From Candidatus Omnitrophota bacterium (GTDB lineage: Bacteria; Omnitrophota; Gorgyraeia; Gygaellales; UBA12090): DNA of 64,000 nt. Positions 17,628 through 27,573 of this stretch are shown one piece after another (the first letter of the stretch is position 1; each line of letters begins with the position of its first letter). Under the pieces are notes generated by a model. The model searched no databases. It was not told where the DNA came from and saw nothing but the letters and a program-made list of their open reading frames with translations. The translations under genes were made by a program, and so were the position numbers. The stretch is from contig JAUSCZ010000029.1 in the NCBI GenBank assembly GCA_030674475.1, positions 66,357-130,356 of the forward strand, written 5' to 3'.

Positions 17628-18871
17628 AAGATAAGGTCAGGCACCGTCTTAAGGAACACAGCCATATCTTCACCAATGAGAAGATAAATGAGCAGGAACT
17701 GCGTTTTACCGTTGCCAGAATTGTTGAAGAGCTCAGGATCAGGGAGCGCCTGCAGTTGGACGAAAACGGCAGTAAAAAAATAATTGACGAGCTGATTGAT
17801 GAATTTATGGGTTTTGGGCCGCTCAAAGCCCTCTTGGAGGATAAGGCGGTTACCGAGATAATGGTTAACGGCCCCAAGAAAGTTTATGTGGAAAAAGAGG
17901 GCAAGATGCTTCTTTCGGATATAACTTTTGAGAATAACCAGCACCTTCTTTATATCATCCAGAAGATCCTGATGCCCACCCGCCGCCATGTGGATGAGCT
18001 GAGCCCTTTTACCGATGTGTCTTTGCCGGACGGCTCCCGGGTGAACATAATCATTCCGCCGGTTTCTTTGGCCGGGCCGGTAATCACTATTCGTAAATTC
18101 ATTAAGGAGTTCGGCAGTATTGAAGACCTGGTTACCTTAGATACCTTAAGCCGGGATATGGCGGATTTTTTGATAGCGGCCATTCGGGCTAAGTTGAATA
18201 TTATATTTTCCGGGGCCACCGGTTCCGGCAAAACCACGACTTTAAATATATTATCTACCTATATTTCAACGCGGGAGCGGATAGTTACTATTGAAGATAC
18301 CGCGGAGTTAAGATTAAACCAGGAGCATGTGGTAAGCCTGGAGGCCCGTCCGGGAAATATCGAAGGCAAGGGCGATATTACCATCAGAGACCTTTTCCGG
18401 AATACCTTGAGGATGCGCCCGGGCAGGATTATCCTGGGTGAGGTGCGCGGTGGCGAGGCCTTGGATATGCTTCAGGCAATGTGCTCCGGACATGACGGGT
18501 CTCTGGCGGTCTTGCATGCCAGCTCTCCCTTAGACGTGGTATCCCGGATTGAGACGATGATTCTGACCTCAGGGATAAATATCCCGGTCTGGGCGATAAA
18601 GAAGCAGATTGCCTCCAGCCTTAATTTAATCATCCAGCAAGAACAATTAGCCGACGGTTCGCGTAAAATTACCCATATTACCGAGGCGAGAGGATTAGAT
18701 AAGGATGAGTTGGTTTTACAGGATCTATTTTCCTACGAAATAGAAGGCGTGGAAGATAGTAAAGTTAAAGGCACTTGGAAAAAACATGGGGTCGTGCCTT
18801 TATTTTTCAGCCGTTTCAAGAAAAAAGGCGTAGAATTAAGTGAAGAGATATTTAAAAGTAACAGTGCTTGA
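17612..18871 (+). CDS. CpaF/TadA-family type II/IV secretion ATPase (paralog 1)
   Basis: Walker A GATGSGKTT and the conserved Asp and His boxes. 419 aa. Confidence 0.8.
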   Translation: MSKELKDKVRHRLKEHSHIFTNEKINEQELRFTVARIVEELRIRERLQLDENGSKKIIDELIDEFMGFGPLKALLEDKAVTEIMVNGPKKVYVEKEGKMLLSDITFENNQHLLYIIQKILMPTRRHVDELSPFTDVSLPDGSRVNIIIPPVSLAGPVITIRKFIKEFGSIEDLVTLDTLSRDMADFLIAAIRAKLNIIFSGATGSGKTTTLNILSTYISTRERIVTIEDTAELRLNQEHVVSLEARPGNIEGKGDITIRDLFRNTLRMRPGRIILGEVRGGEALDMLQAMCSGHDGSLAVLHASSPLDVVSRIETMILTSGINIPVWAIKKQIASSLNLIIQQEQLADGSRKITHITEARGLDKDELVLQDLFSYEIEGVEDSKVKGTWKKHGVVPLFFSRFKKKGVELSEEIFKSNSA

Positions 18872-18883
18872 GTATAAAAAAAA

Positions 18884-18950
18884 GAAACCAGTTGCCAGTT
18901 ACCAGAAACCAGAGGAAAGAAATAAAATCTGGTTACTGGTTTCTGGTTAC
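18884..18950. repeat. 'aaccag' hairpin repeat family B, copy 1
   Basis: gaaaccagttgccagttaccagaaaccag ... ctggttactggtttctggttac inverted repeat. Related copies at 38510-38583 and 56943-57036. Confidence 0.7.
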
Positions 18951-18971
18951 TCCCGAACGAAGTGAGGGGAA

Positions 18972-20219
18972 ATGCTTTGGTCTAAATCTTTTATTCCAAC
19001 TTTAAGGGAAGTCCCGCAAGAGGCTGAATCCATAGCCCATCAGTTAATGCTCAGGGCGGGCCTGGCGCGGATGCTGGTTGCCGGGGTATATTCTTATTTA
19101 CCTTTAGGCTTAAGAGTCTTAAATAATATTAAGAATATAATCCGTCAGGAGATGAATTCCGCGGGGGCCGGGGAGCTTCTTTTGCCGGCTCTCCAACCAC
19201 AGGAGCTCTGGGATAAAACCGGCAGGAATGTCCAGATGGAAGAGATAATGATTCGTTTTACGGATAGGCGAAATAGAAAGATGTGCCTGGGGCCTACCCA
19301 CGAAGAGATAATTACCGAGCTTGTGGCAAGCAATGTCAGTTCTTATAAACAGCTTCCCTTGATTTTATATCAAATCCAGACCAAATTCCGCGATGAGATT
19401 CGCCCGCGCTTTGGTTTGATGAGAGCCTGCGAGTTTATAATGAAGGATGCCTATAGTTTTGATATTAATGAGGAAGGCCTGGACAAGAATTATAAGCTTA
19501 TGTCCGAGGCCTATAACCGGATATTCAAGAGATGCGGCCTTAATTGCTTCACTCCTGAAGCGGATTCCGGGGTAATGGGGGGAAGCCTCTCGCATGAGTT
19601 TATGGCGCTGGCTGATTCCGGAGAAGACACCCTGTGGGCCTGCGCTCAATGCGCCTATGCCTCGGCTAAAAATATCGGAAATTGTCCTAAATGCGGACTG
19701 GGAATCATTGAGAAAAAGGCAATTGAATTAGGGCATATCTTTAAATTAGGAGTTAAATATTCTCAGCCTCTTTCCGCCCTATTCACGGATGAAAAAGGAA
19801 ACCGCCTGCCTATACTTATGGGTTGTTACGGAATAGGGGTTTCCCGGATGATCGCGGCTATTATTGAAACCAGCCATGACCAAAACGGAATTATCTGGCC
19901 GAAAGAGGTTTCGCCTTTTGATATTTTGGTCCTGCCTTTAAACATAACCGATGCCAAATCCAGGGAATTAGCTTTTAAATTATATGCCGAACTTAATTCC
20001 TCAGGCGTAGAGGTGCTTTTGGATGAGCGTGATGAGCGTCCGGGGGTAAAATTTAAAGATGCCGACCTGATTGGAGTGCCGCTGAGGGTGGTTATCGGAG
20101 AAAAGAATCTTAAAAATAATATGATAGAGCTGCAATTCAGGGCGGATAAGCGAGTTGAGGTTATCAATGTCGAAGAGGCCCTGAGTAAAATCAGGGAGGC
20201 AGTCCAGGGAGCCGGGTAA
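18972..20219 (+). CDS. proS: Proline--tRNA ligase
   Basis: Class II aminoacyl-tRNA synthetase motifs, 415 aa short form. Confidence 0.9.
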   Translation: MLWSKSFIPTLREVPQEAESIAHQLMLRAGLARMLVAGVYSYLPLGLRVLNNIKNIIRQEMNSAGAGELLLPALQPQELWDKTGRNVQMEEIMIRFTDRRNRKMCLGPTHEEIITELVASNVSSYKQLPLILYQIQTKFRDEIRPRFGLMRACEFIMKDAYSFDINEEGLDKNYKLMSEAYNRIFKRCGLNCFTPEADSGVMGGSLSHEFMALADSGEDTLWACAQCAYASAKNIGNCPKCGLGIIEKKAIELGHIFKLGVKYSQPLSALFTDEKGNRLPILMGCYGIGVSRMIAAIIETSHDQNGIIWPKEVSPFDILVLPLNITDAKSRELAFKLYAELNSSGVEVLLDERDERPGVKFKDADLIGVPLRVVIGEKNLKNNMIELQFRADKRVEVINVEEALSKIREAVQGAG

Positions 20220-20256
20220 GAAATCCTCCCCTTACCAAGGGGAGGCGGGGAGGGGT
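20219..20256. repeat. Palindromic repeat family D copy (agaaatcctccccttaccaaggggaggcg)
   Basis: cctcccctt accaa ggggagg palindrome. Two more copies at 30084-30112 and 30144-30172. Confidence 0.7.
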
Positions 20257-21507
20257 ATGATTAACAAACACCAGGAACTGATAGATTTCATAAAAAAAGA
20301 CTGTTTGTCCCAGCTTGCCGAGAGTGATTTTCTCCAGTCTCAGGAGAATGAAGCGGCCTTCAGAAAAAAGATAGAGGCCATGATAAATGCCTCTCTGAAA
20401 AATAGAGGCGATATTTCTTTGAGCGCTCAGGAGCGCCAGATGATTTTGGCTCAGGTCATCTCGGATATTACCGGCTTAGGCCCGATAGAAAAGATGTTTC
20501 ATGAACCTGAGGTAAGTGAGGTAATGGTTAACGGCCCCAAGCAGATTTATATGGAAAAAAACGGCAGACTGGAATTAAGCAGTGTTGTCTTTAAGGACGA
20601 AGAGCACCTGGAGTATTTTGTGGAGAAAATACTCGCGCCTTTAGGCCGGCATGTTACTGAAGCCGAGCCTTATATTGATGCCCGCCTTCCGGATGGCTCC
20701 CGGGTGAATGTGGTGCGTCATCCCATTTCTCTTATCGGGACAGTCCTGACTATCCGTAAATTCTCGCGTAAAATTTTGACTATGGAGGACCTGGTAGAGC
20801 GAAAAAGCTTAAGTCAGGCGGCGGGAGAATTTCTTTCGGCCTGCGTCCGGGCCCGGATGAATATTATTATTTCCGGAGGCTCCGGCGCCGGTAAAACCAC
20901 AATGCTGAATGTCCTTTCCAATTTTATCCCCCAGGATCAGCGGGTTGTTTCTATTGAAGATATAGCCGAGCTCCAGCTTAAAGGCAGGCATATAGTGCGC
21001 CTGGAGGCCAGGCCGGCCAATATTGAAGGTAAGGGTGAGATAACCATTAGAAAGCTCCTGAAGAACGCCCTGCATATGCGCCCGGACCGGATAATTGTGG
21101 GTGAGGTGCGCTCCAGTGAAATACTGGATATGCTCCAGGCAATGACTACCGGACACGAGGGTTCAATGACAACCGTGCACGCCAATTCCGCCTTGGAGGC
21201 CTTAGACCGGCTGGAGATATTGACCCTGATGGATAACCCAAATTTCTCAACCTCAGTAGCCAGGCGCCACATCATCAGCGCCATAGACATAATCGCGCAT
21301 ATGACCCGTCTTCCCGATGGCTCGCGTAAAGTCTCTCAGATTTCGGAAGTAAGCAAGGAAAATAGAAATGATTTTAAACTTCAGGATATATTTTACGCCG
21401 GAGATAGCAACGGTTTTGAGATGAAATTCACCGGAAATATTCCTTTAGTGTATGAGCGGTTGAATAAACAAACCGGCTTCAGCAGTGAGCTATTCAAACA
21501 CAAATAG
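20257..21507 (+). CDS. CpaF/TadA-family type II/IV secretion ATPase (paralog 2)
   Basis: Walker A GGSGAGKTT, same architecture as paralog 1 but diverged. 416 aa. Confidence 0.8.
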   Translation: MINKHQELIDFIKKDCLSQLAESDFLQSQENEAAFRKKIEAMINASLKNRGDISLSAQERQMILAQVISDITGLGPIEKMFHEPEVSEVMVNGPKQIYMEKNGRLELSSVVFKDEEHLEYFVEKILAPLGRHVTEAEPYIDARLPDGSRVNVVRHPISLIGTVLTIRKFSRKILTMEDLVERKSLSQAAGEFLSACVRARMNIIISGGSGAGKTTMLNVLSNFIPQDQRVVSIEDIAELQLKGRHIVRLEARPANIEGKGEITIRKLLKNALHMRPDRIIVGEVRSSEILDMLQAMTTGHEGSMTTVHANSALEALDRLEILTLMDNPNFSTSVARRHIISAIDIIAHMTRLPDGSRKVSQISEVSKENRNDFKLQDIFYAGDSNGFEMKFTGNIPLVYERLNKQTGFSSELFKHK

Positions 21508-21510
21508 TGT

Positions 21511-22002
21511 ATGTATAACCGCGCGGATGAACTTCTGGATAAAATAAAACCGGTTGTTCAGGGTTATATAGAAGGCTTAGGCTATGAACTCGTGGATCTG
21601 AGTTTATCCAAGACTAGAGGAAATATAACCTTAAGGATCCTGACGGATAAGCCAAGAGGCGGGATAAGCCTGAAGGAGTGCGCGGATTTAAACCAGGGCC
21701 TAAGCGCGATTTTAGACCGGGAGAATACCCTGGAGGAGAGTTGTGTTCTTGAGGTATCTTCCCCGGGTATAGATCGTCCTCTTACATCAAGGAAGGATTT
21801 TTTAAGGGCCGGCGAAAGACAGATCCGGGCTGTGTTGAGCGAACCCTTTGAGGGTAAGTATGAAATAACCGGAATTATTACTAAGGTTGAAGATGATTAT
21901 TTGTTTCTGGACTCAGGTAAGAAAATAATTGATGGTGAGCGTAGTCGAACCATCAAAATACCTTTAAACAAAATCAAGAAAGCAAAACAGGTGATTAAAT
22001 GA
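21511..22002 (+). CDS. rimP: Ribosome maturation factor RimP
   Basis: 163 aa, conserved position immediately upstream of nusA. Confidence 0.85.
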   Translation: MYNRADELLDKIKPVVQGYIEGLGYELVDLSLSKTRGNITLRILTDKPRGGISLKECADLNQGLSAILDRENTLEESCVLEVSSPGIDRPLTSRKDFLRAGERQIRAVLSEPFEGKYEITGIITKVEDDYLFLDSGKKIIDGERSRTIKIPLNKIKKAKQVIK

Positions 22003-23192
22003 ATGGAGAGTTGTTAGCGGTTTTAGAACATATGGAGCGGGAAAAAGGCATCAAGAAGGATATTCTTATTGATGCCGTGGAGCAGGCCTTGGCCAGCGCG
22101 GTCCGTAAGATCGCGGATATAAAGCCGGGCATAGAAGTAAAGGTAACCCTGGACAGGGAAACCGGAAAACTCAAGGCCTTCGCCGGTGAGGAGGAAATCA
22201 GGTCCGAGGGGCTGGGCAGGATTGCCGCTTCTACCGCCAAGCAGGTTATCATTCAAAAGATAAGAGAGGCGGAGAAGGATGTGATTTTTAACGAATTTAA
22301 CGCCAAGGTGGGTGAAATTATCAGCGGGACCCTGTACCGTTTTGAAAAAGGAAATATTATCGTGGACTTAATGGGTAAGGCTGAAGGAGTATTGTCTAAG
22401 CGCGATCAGATACCGGGTGAGGAATTTCATCAGGGTCAGAGAATCAGCGCTTATTTAACCGAGGTCAAAAGGGAGGCCAGGGGGGCTCAGATTATCCTTT
22501 CCCGGAGCCATCCCAGCTTTGTTAAAAAAATATTCGAGCGCGAGGTGCCTGAGATATATGAAGGGGTAGTGGAAATCCGCTCTATTTCCCGGTCCGCGGG
22601 CGAACGGACCAAGATAGCGGTCTGGTCTAAGGATGAGAAGATTGATGCCGTGGGCTCCTGCGTGGGGATGCGCGGGGCCAGGGTTAAGAATATCGTCAAT
22701 GAACTGCACGGTGAAAGAATAGACATAGTCCGCTACAGCGATGACGCTCACGCGTATATCTCCGCCAGCCTTTCTCCCGCCGAGATAGCGGAGATTAAAT
22801 TAGATAAGGAGAATAAAAAGGCTTTGGTGATTGTGAATCCGGATCAATTGTCTTTGGCTATCGGAAAGCACGGTCAGAATGTGCGCCTGGCTTCAAAACT
22901 AACGGGCTGGGATTTGGATATCCGCACCAAGGAAACCATACTCGCGAAAGAACAGGCCAAAGAAGAAACAGTTGTTCAAAAAGCCGAAGAGCCAAAACCG
23001 CAAGGATTGTCTTTGGATGAGTTAAGCGGTGTGGGAGAAAAAACCAAGGCCGCGCTTATTGAGCAGGGCTTCGCGGATGTTCAGTCTGTGGCCGGCTCCG
23101 CGCTTGAGGCTCTGGTTGAGGTTAAAGGCATAGGAAAGGCCAAGGCTAAAAAACTCATTGAGGAAGCCAAAAAGTTATTAAAAAAGTTGTAG
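21999..23192 (+). CDS. nusA: Transcription termination/antitermination protein NusA
   Basis: S1 and KH domains plus a C-terminal acidic HhH region. 397 aa. Confidence 0.92.
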   Translation: MNGELLAVLEHMEREKGIKKDILIDAVEQALASAVRKIADIKPGIEVKVTLDRETGKLKAFAGEEEIRSEGLGRIAASTAKQVIIQKIREAEKDVIFNEFNAKVGEIISGTLYRFEKGNIIVDLMGKAEGVLSKRDQIPGEEFHQGQRISAYLTEVKREARGAQIILSRSHPSFVKKIFEREVPEIYEGVVEIRSISRSAGERTKIAVWSKDEKIDAVGSCVGMRGARVKNIVNELHGERIDIVRYSDDAHAYISASLSPAEIAEIKLDKENKKALVIVNPDQLSLAIGKHGQNVRLASKLTGWDLDIRTKETILAKEQAKEETVVQKAEEPKPQGLSLDELSGVGEKTKAALIEQGFADVQSVAGSALEALVEVKGIGKAKAKKLIEEAKKLLKKL

Positions 23193-23208
23193 TTGATCCG
23201 ACCCGAGC

Positions 23209-23313
23209 TTAAACACTTAAAAATTTCAGGAAAATTTTTTGCGCAAGCTCGGGTCTAATTCGGCCAGACAACTTATATTCTTCCGACTGAAACGTCGGAG
23301 GAATATAAGTTGC
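23209..23313 (+). promoter_or_regulatory. Two strong hairpins in the nusA-infB spacer (terminator or attenuator candidates)
   Basis: gacccgagctt ... aagctcgggtc, and acttatattcttccgac tgaaac gtcggaggaatataagt with a ~16-bp stem. Confidence 0.3.
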
Positions 23314-23333
23314 GGCCTCATTAAAGGACTAAA

Positions 23334-25652
23334 ATGCCAAGCAAGAATATTAAAATTAAATCTGTAGTTCCAAAGGAAGAAACCGCGCGTCTTGAGGATA
23401 AAAAAGATAAAACCAAGAAAGCAGCCGTAAAAAAGACCAGCCTTAAGCCTTCTAAAATAGCGCTTAAGCCCAAGAAGGCTAAAGAAGTGAAAATCCAGAA
23501 AACTCTTAAAGGGCCTTTAGTCAAAAAGACCGTCCCGGTTTCGCGTAAACCTAAAAAAGAAGAATCCGGGTCCACCCTTATTCCCCGGGTCCGCCCAGAG
23601 GCCCGGGTAATTACGGCTAAGCCGCAAGAAGTTATTCCAAAACCCGCGGGTATCACTCAAGAGTCTAAGATTACGCCTGAGGCGCAAAAAAGCGTTCCTT
23701 GGACAGCAGCGCATCCTCCGGTCAAGGAAAAAAAAGTAGAGCCGATAAAAGAAATCAGCTCCCAAGAACAAGTTAGAACCGAAACCACCGCTCAAAAGAA
23801 AGAATTGCCCTTAGGGCCTCAAGGTAAGGTTGTTCCCGTTATCCCGGCTAAAGAGACTCCTCCCCCCCCGCCCGAAAAAGAAGAAATACCCGAGAAGGCG
23901 AAAATCATTGAAATAAATATTCCTATTGTTTTAAAAGATTTAGCCTTGTGTTTAGAAGAAAAGCCGGCAGCCTTAATCAAAAAACTCCTCCTGGGCCATA
24001 AAATAATCGCCAATTTGAATCTTCCTATCGGCGAAGAATTGGCCGGAAAAATAGCTTCGGAATACGGATATCAAATAAAGAGAAAACCTACTGAGGAGGA
24101 ATTGCTTTTTAAGCCCCATGAGGCGTCTGATCCGGCCAAGCTTAAACCCCGGCCGCCTATAGTTACCTTTATGGGCCATGTTGATCACGGTAAGACTTCT
24201 TTACTGGACGCTATTCGTAAATCTAAGGTGGCCGACTCAGAGTATGGCGGCATAACCCAGCATATCGGGGCTTATTCAGTTACGCTTTCCCACGGTAAAA
24301 TCACCTTTTTAGATACCCCGGGACATGAAGCCTTTACCGCGATGCGGGCCAGGGGGGCTAAAGTAACTGACATTGTTGTTTTGGTGGTGGCCGCGGATGA
24401 CGGGGTGATGCCTCAGACAGTGGAGGCAGTTGACCACGCCAAAGAGGCCAAAGCCGCTATTATGGTGGCGATGAATAAGATAGATAAGCCACAAACAGAT
24501 GTTAACCGGCTGAAAAAACAGTTAGCTGAGTTAGGATTGGCTGCCGAGGATTGGGGAGGAAAAACTATTGCTGTGGGGGTATCGGCAAAGACCGGCCAGG
24601 GTATTGACGAGTTATTGGAAATGATTATCCTGGAGGCCCAGATGCTGGAATTAAAGGCTGACCCCTCAGCTCCAGCCAGCGGAGTGGTTCTAGAGTCTAA
24701 GATTAGCGAGGGAAAAGGGCCGGTAGCCACCCTTTTGGTGGAGAACGGCACCCTTAGGTATCAAGATACGATTATTGTTGGTCCGCATTTCGCTAAGATT
24801 CGGGCGATGTTTAATGAATATGGTAAACCCATCCAGGAGGCGCCTCCGTCTACGCCGGTGGAGATATTGGGTTTATCCGGATTACCCGAGTCGGGCGAAC
24901 AGTTTTTTGTTCTTTCCGATGAGAAAAAAGCCAGGGAATTAGCCGGTAAACGTAAAGCTGAACTCCGGGAAAGACAACTTAAGCCAATCAAGATGAAATC
25001 TCTGGAGGATTTTTCTAAGGAAATCAAAGAAGGTAAAGTCAAAGAACTTAAGCTTATTTTGAAGTCTGATGTGGGTGGGTCGCTAGAGGCGATCAATGAG
25101 TCTCTGAAAAAAATATTCACCTTAGAAGTAAATCTGAATATTATCCATCAGGGCATAGGAGGCATAAATGTCGCGGATGTTATCTTAGCCGAGGCTTCCG
25201 GCGCCATCATCCTGGGTTTTCATGTGGCAACCGATGAGCGTTCCAAGGCCGAGGCCGATAAGACCGGGGTAGATATCCGCACCTATACGGTAATCTATGA
25301 ACTGGTCAATGACATCAAGACGGCTTTGGAGGGTTTATTAGAGCCGAAATTAAAGAAGATATTTATGGGCAGAGTGATCATTCGTCAGGTCCTTAAACTA
25401 AGCAAGGCCGGGACCGTGGCCGGTTGTTATGTGGAAAAAGGAAAGGTTAATCGCTCGGCTAAATTAAGCCTCCTGCGCAACGGTGAGCTGGTATATGAGG
25501 GGACGGTTCAATCCTTGAAACGTTTTAAGGATGACGTGCGTGAGGTTACTGAGGGGATGGAATGTGGATTATCCCTGGCAGGCTTTAGCGAGATTATGGC
25601 CGGAGATGTGATTGAGGCCTACGATGTGGAAAAGATAGCCAGGAAATTATAG
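23334..25652 (+). CDS. infB: Translation initiation factor IF-2
   Basis: Lys/Pro-rich N-terminus, GTPase motifs [17 protein letters not shown], and C-terminal beta-barrel domains. 772 aa. Confidence 0.95.
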   Translation: MPSKNIKIKSVVPKEETARLEDKKDKTKKAAVKKTSLKPSKIALKPKKAKEVKIQKTLKGPLVKKTVPVSRKPKKEESGSTLIPRVRPEARVITAKPQEVIPKPAGITQESKITPEAQKSVPWTAAHPPVKEKKVEPIKEISSQEQVRTETTAQKKELPLGPQGKVVPVIPAKETPPPPPEKEEIPEKAKIIEINIPIVLKDLALCLEEKPAALIKKLLLGHKIIANLNLPIGEELAGKIASEYGYQIKRKPTEEELLFKPHEASDPAKLKPRPPIVTFMGHVDHGKTSLLDAIRKSKVADSEYGGITQHIGAYSVTLSHGKITFLDTPGHEAFTAMRARGAKVTDIVVLVVAADDGVMPQTVEAVDHAKEAKAAIMVAMNKIDKPQTDVNRLKKQLAELGLAAEDWGGKTIAVGVSAKTGQGIDELLEMIILEAQMLELKADPSAPASGVVLESKISEGKGPVATLLVENGTLRYQDTIIVGPHFAKIRAMFNEYGKPIQEAPPSTPVEILGLSGLPESGEQFFVLSDEKKARELAGKRKAELRERQLKPIKMKSLEDFSKEIKEGKVKELKLILKSDVGGSLEAINESLKKIFTLEVNLNIIHQGIGGINVADVILAEASGAIILGFHVATDERSKAEADKTGVDIRTYTVIYELVNDIKTALEGLLEPKLKKIFMGRVIIRQVLKLSKAGTVAGCYVEKGKVNRSAKLSLLRNGELVYEGTVQSLKRFKDDVREVTEGMECGLSLAGFSEIMAGDVIEAYDVEKIARKL

Positions 25653-25678
25653 AAAAACAAAACGATCGTTGAAAGGTA

Positions 25679-25805
25679 AAATGACTAATGACGAAACCCG
25701 AATAACGAATTAATTTTTAATAACCAATGTCTAAAATATTAAAAATAATTTTTTAAGATTAAGGCATTTGAAATTAGGGATTCATTAGTCATTCGTCATT
25801 GTTCA
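25679..25805. repeat. MITE-like repeat family A, copy 2 (diverged)
   Basis: atgactaatgacgaaacccgaataacgaat ... attcattagtcattcgtcatt terminal inverted repeats. Confidence 0.7.
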
Positions 25806-25827
25806 TCTTGTTTTGGATTATTAGGAA

Positions 25828-26826
25828 ATGTTAAAGAAACGTATCTTAAGCGGGATGCGCCCTACCGGGAAGCTGCATCTGGGTCATCTGTTTGGGGTTT
25901 TAGATAATTGGAAAAAACTCCAGGATGAATACGAGTGTTTTTTTATGATCGCGGACTGGCACAGCCTGATGTCCGAGTATGAAGACCCTAAGAACTTAAG
26001 AGAAAATATCCTGGATAATGCCGCGGATTGGCTGGCCTGCGGTATCTCGCCTGAGAAATCCCATATCTTTATCCAATCCAATATCAAAGAACATTTAGAA
26101 TTATACATTATTCTCTCCATCATTACCCCTCTGGGTTGGTTAGAGAGATGTCCCACGTATAAGGAACAACTGCGCGAAATTACCAACCGTAATCTAAGCA
26201 CCTACGGTTTTCTGGGTTATCCCGTCTTACAGGCAGCGGATATCCTGTTATATAAGGCGGATTGCGTTCCGGTGGGTGAAGACCAGCTTCCTCATCTGGA
26301 ATTGACCCGGGAAATCACCAGGAGATTTAACAGCCTTTATAAAAAAGAGCTTTTCCCTGAGCCAAAAGCGCTTTTAACTTCCGGCCGGGCCAAGGTTTTA
26401 GGCACCGACGGCAGGAAGATGAGCAAAAGCTACGATAATTATATCGCGATTTCTGATGAGCCTGAGGTGATTGAGCGCAAAGTCCAATCAATGTTTACCG
26501 ACCCTTTAAGGATAAAGCGAACCGACCCCGGCCATCCCGATAAATGTAATGTGCACACCTACTACGAAGTTTTCTCTCCGGAAAGAAAGCCTGAGATTGA
26601 TCAGCTTTGCCGCTTAGCCAAAATCGGCTGTACTGACTGCAAAAAAGAACTCGCCCAAATTATGGTTAAATATTTAGAGCCTATCCGGGAGAAGAAGAAT
26701 GAGCTCCTGAAAAATAAGAAGACGCTCCTGGATATTTTAAATCAGGGAGAGCTTAAAGCCCGCGAGGTTGCTGTAGAGACTATCCGGGAGGTAAAAGAGC
26801 TCTTAGGATTAACTGTCCAAATATGA
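25828..26826 (+). CDS. trpS: Tryptophan--tRNA ligase
   Basis: HIGH motif (GKLHLGH) and KMSKS (KMSKS). Confidence 0.92.
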   Translation: MLKKRILSGMRPTGKLHLGHLFGVLDNWKKLQDEYECFFMIADWHSLMSEYEDPKNLRENILDNAADWLACGISPEKSHIFIQSNIKEHLELYIILSIITPLGWLERCPTYKEQLREITNRNLSTYGFLGYPVLQAADILLYKADCVPVGEDQLPHLELTREITRRFNSLYKKELFPEPKALLTSGRAKVLGTDGRKMSKSYDNYIAISDEPEVIERKVQSMFTDPLRIKRTDPGHPDKCNVHTYYEVFSPERKPEIDQLCRLAKIGCTDCKKELAQIMVKYLEPIREKKNELLKNKKTLLDILNQGELKAREVAVETIREVKELLGLTVQI

Positions 26827-26879
26827 CCGAAAATAATGCAATAGGTTTGTTGAAGCGAAATAATTGAGGAAGGAAAGCG

Positions 26880-27203
26880 ATGGAGTTAAAACAAATAAAA
26901 AGTCTAATAGATCAAAAAGACTATCGGCTTACTCTCCACGCTGAGTTTGAGAGAGAGGCTGATCAGATCACCATCGAGGAAATAGAAGAGGCCTTATTTT
27001 CACCAGAGGCTAAAATTATTGAAGATTATCCTAATGACCCGCGCGGGTCTAGTTGTCTGGTGTTGGGCTTTACAAAACAAAAACACCCTATTCATGTTGT
27101 CTGTGGGACAGGGGATTCTAATACCTTAGTTGTTATTACAGTCTATCGACCAGATTCAGAGGAGTGGATAGATTGGCAAATTCGGAAGGAGAAGAAATCA
27201 TGA
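26880..27203 (+). CDS. DUF4258 domain protein (putative toxin of a DUF4258 / YgiT-zinc-finger pair)
   Basis: YRLTLHA ... IHVV ... ITVYRP signature. Stop overlaps the next ATG (ATGA). Confidence 0.7.
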   Translation: MELKQIKSLIDQKDYRLTLHAEFEREADQITIEEIEEALFSPEAKIIEDYPNDPRGSSCLVLGFTKQKHPIHVVCGTGDSNTLVVITVYRPDSEEWIDWQIRKEKKS

Positions 27204-27442
27204 AGAGATGTTACTTTTGTAAGGGTGAAATTGTAGAAAAAAATATTAACCACATGCACTCTTGGGGAGATAAACTTATTTTTTTTAAACAGACTCCTGC
27301 TGAAGTTTGCAAACAGTGTGGGGAGGTTTATCTTAAACCAGAAGTAGTAAAAGCCTTTGATAGGGTCACCGCGCATCTCGAAAAGTTTACACAGACTATT
27401 CAGGTGCCGGTTGTGCCTTTTTCTGAATTAGCTGCGATTTGA
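27200..27442 (+). CDS. YgiT-type (MqsA-like) zinc-finger protein, putative antitoxin
   Basis: CYFCKG ... CKQCGE four-cysteine zinc ribbon with no helix-turn-helix. The ATG at 27200 is preferred over 27164. Confidence 0.65.
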   Translation: MKRCYFCKGEIVEKNINHMHSWGDKLIFFKQTPAEVCKQCGEVYLKPEVVKAFDRVTAHLEKFTQTIQVPVVPFSELAAI

Positions 27443-27446
27443 TATG

Positions 27447-27560
27447 GGATGTGGCGACGACATTGAGGTATTATACGCCTGCCCCGTACAAAAATCGAAG
27501 ATTTTGTATGGGGTGTTTCCGGAAGATTTAGAGGAGGCAGCAGAGATGTTGGCGGGGGAA
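27447..27560 (+). repeat. ~110-bp direct repeat family F, copy 1 (hairpin ccccgtacaaaaatcgaagattttgtatgggg; ends with GAGGAGG-N-ATG)
   Basis: About 95% identical to 28220-28335. Sits immediately upstream of the PIN gene. Confidence 0.7.
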
Positions 27561-27573
27561 TAGGAGGAGAACT

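Noticed and set aside
17534-17989. 151-aa and 95-aa minus-strand ORFs
   Set aside because: Antisense to the ispG 3' end and the CpaF paralog 1 5' end. No ribosome-binding site and no protein-like composition.
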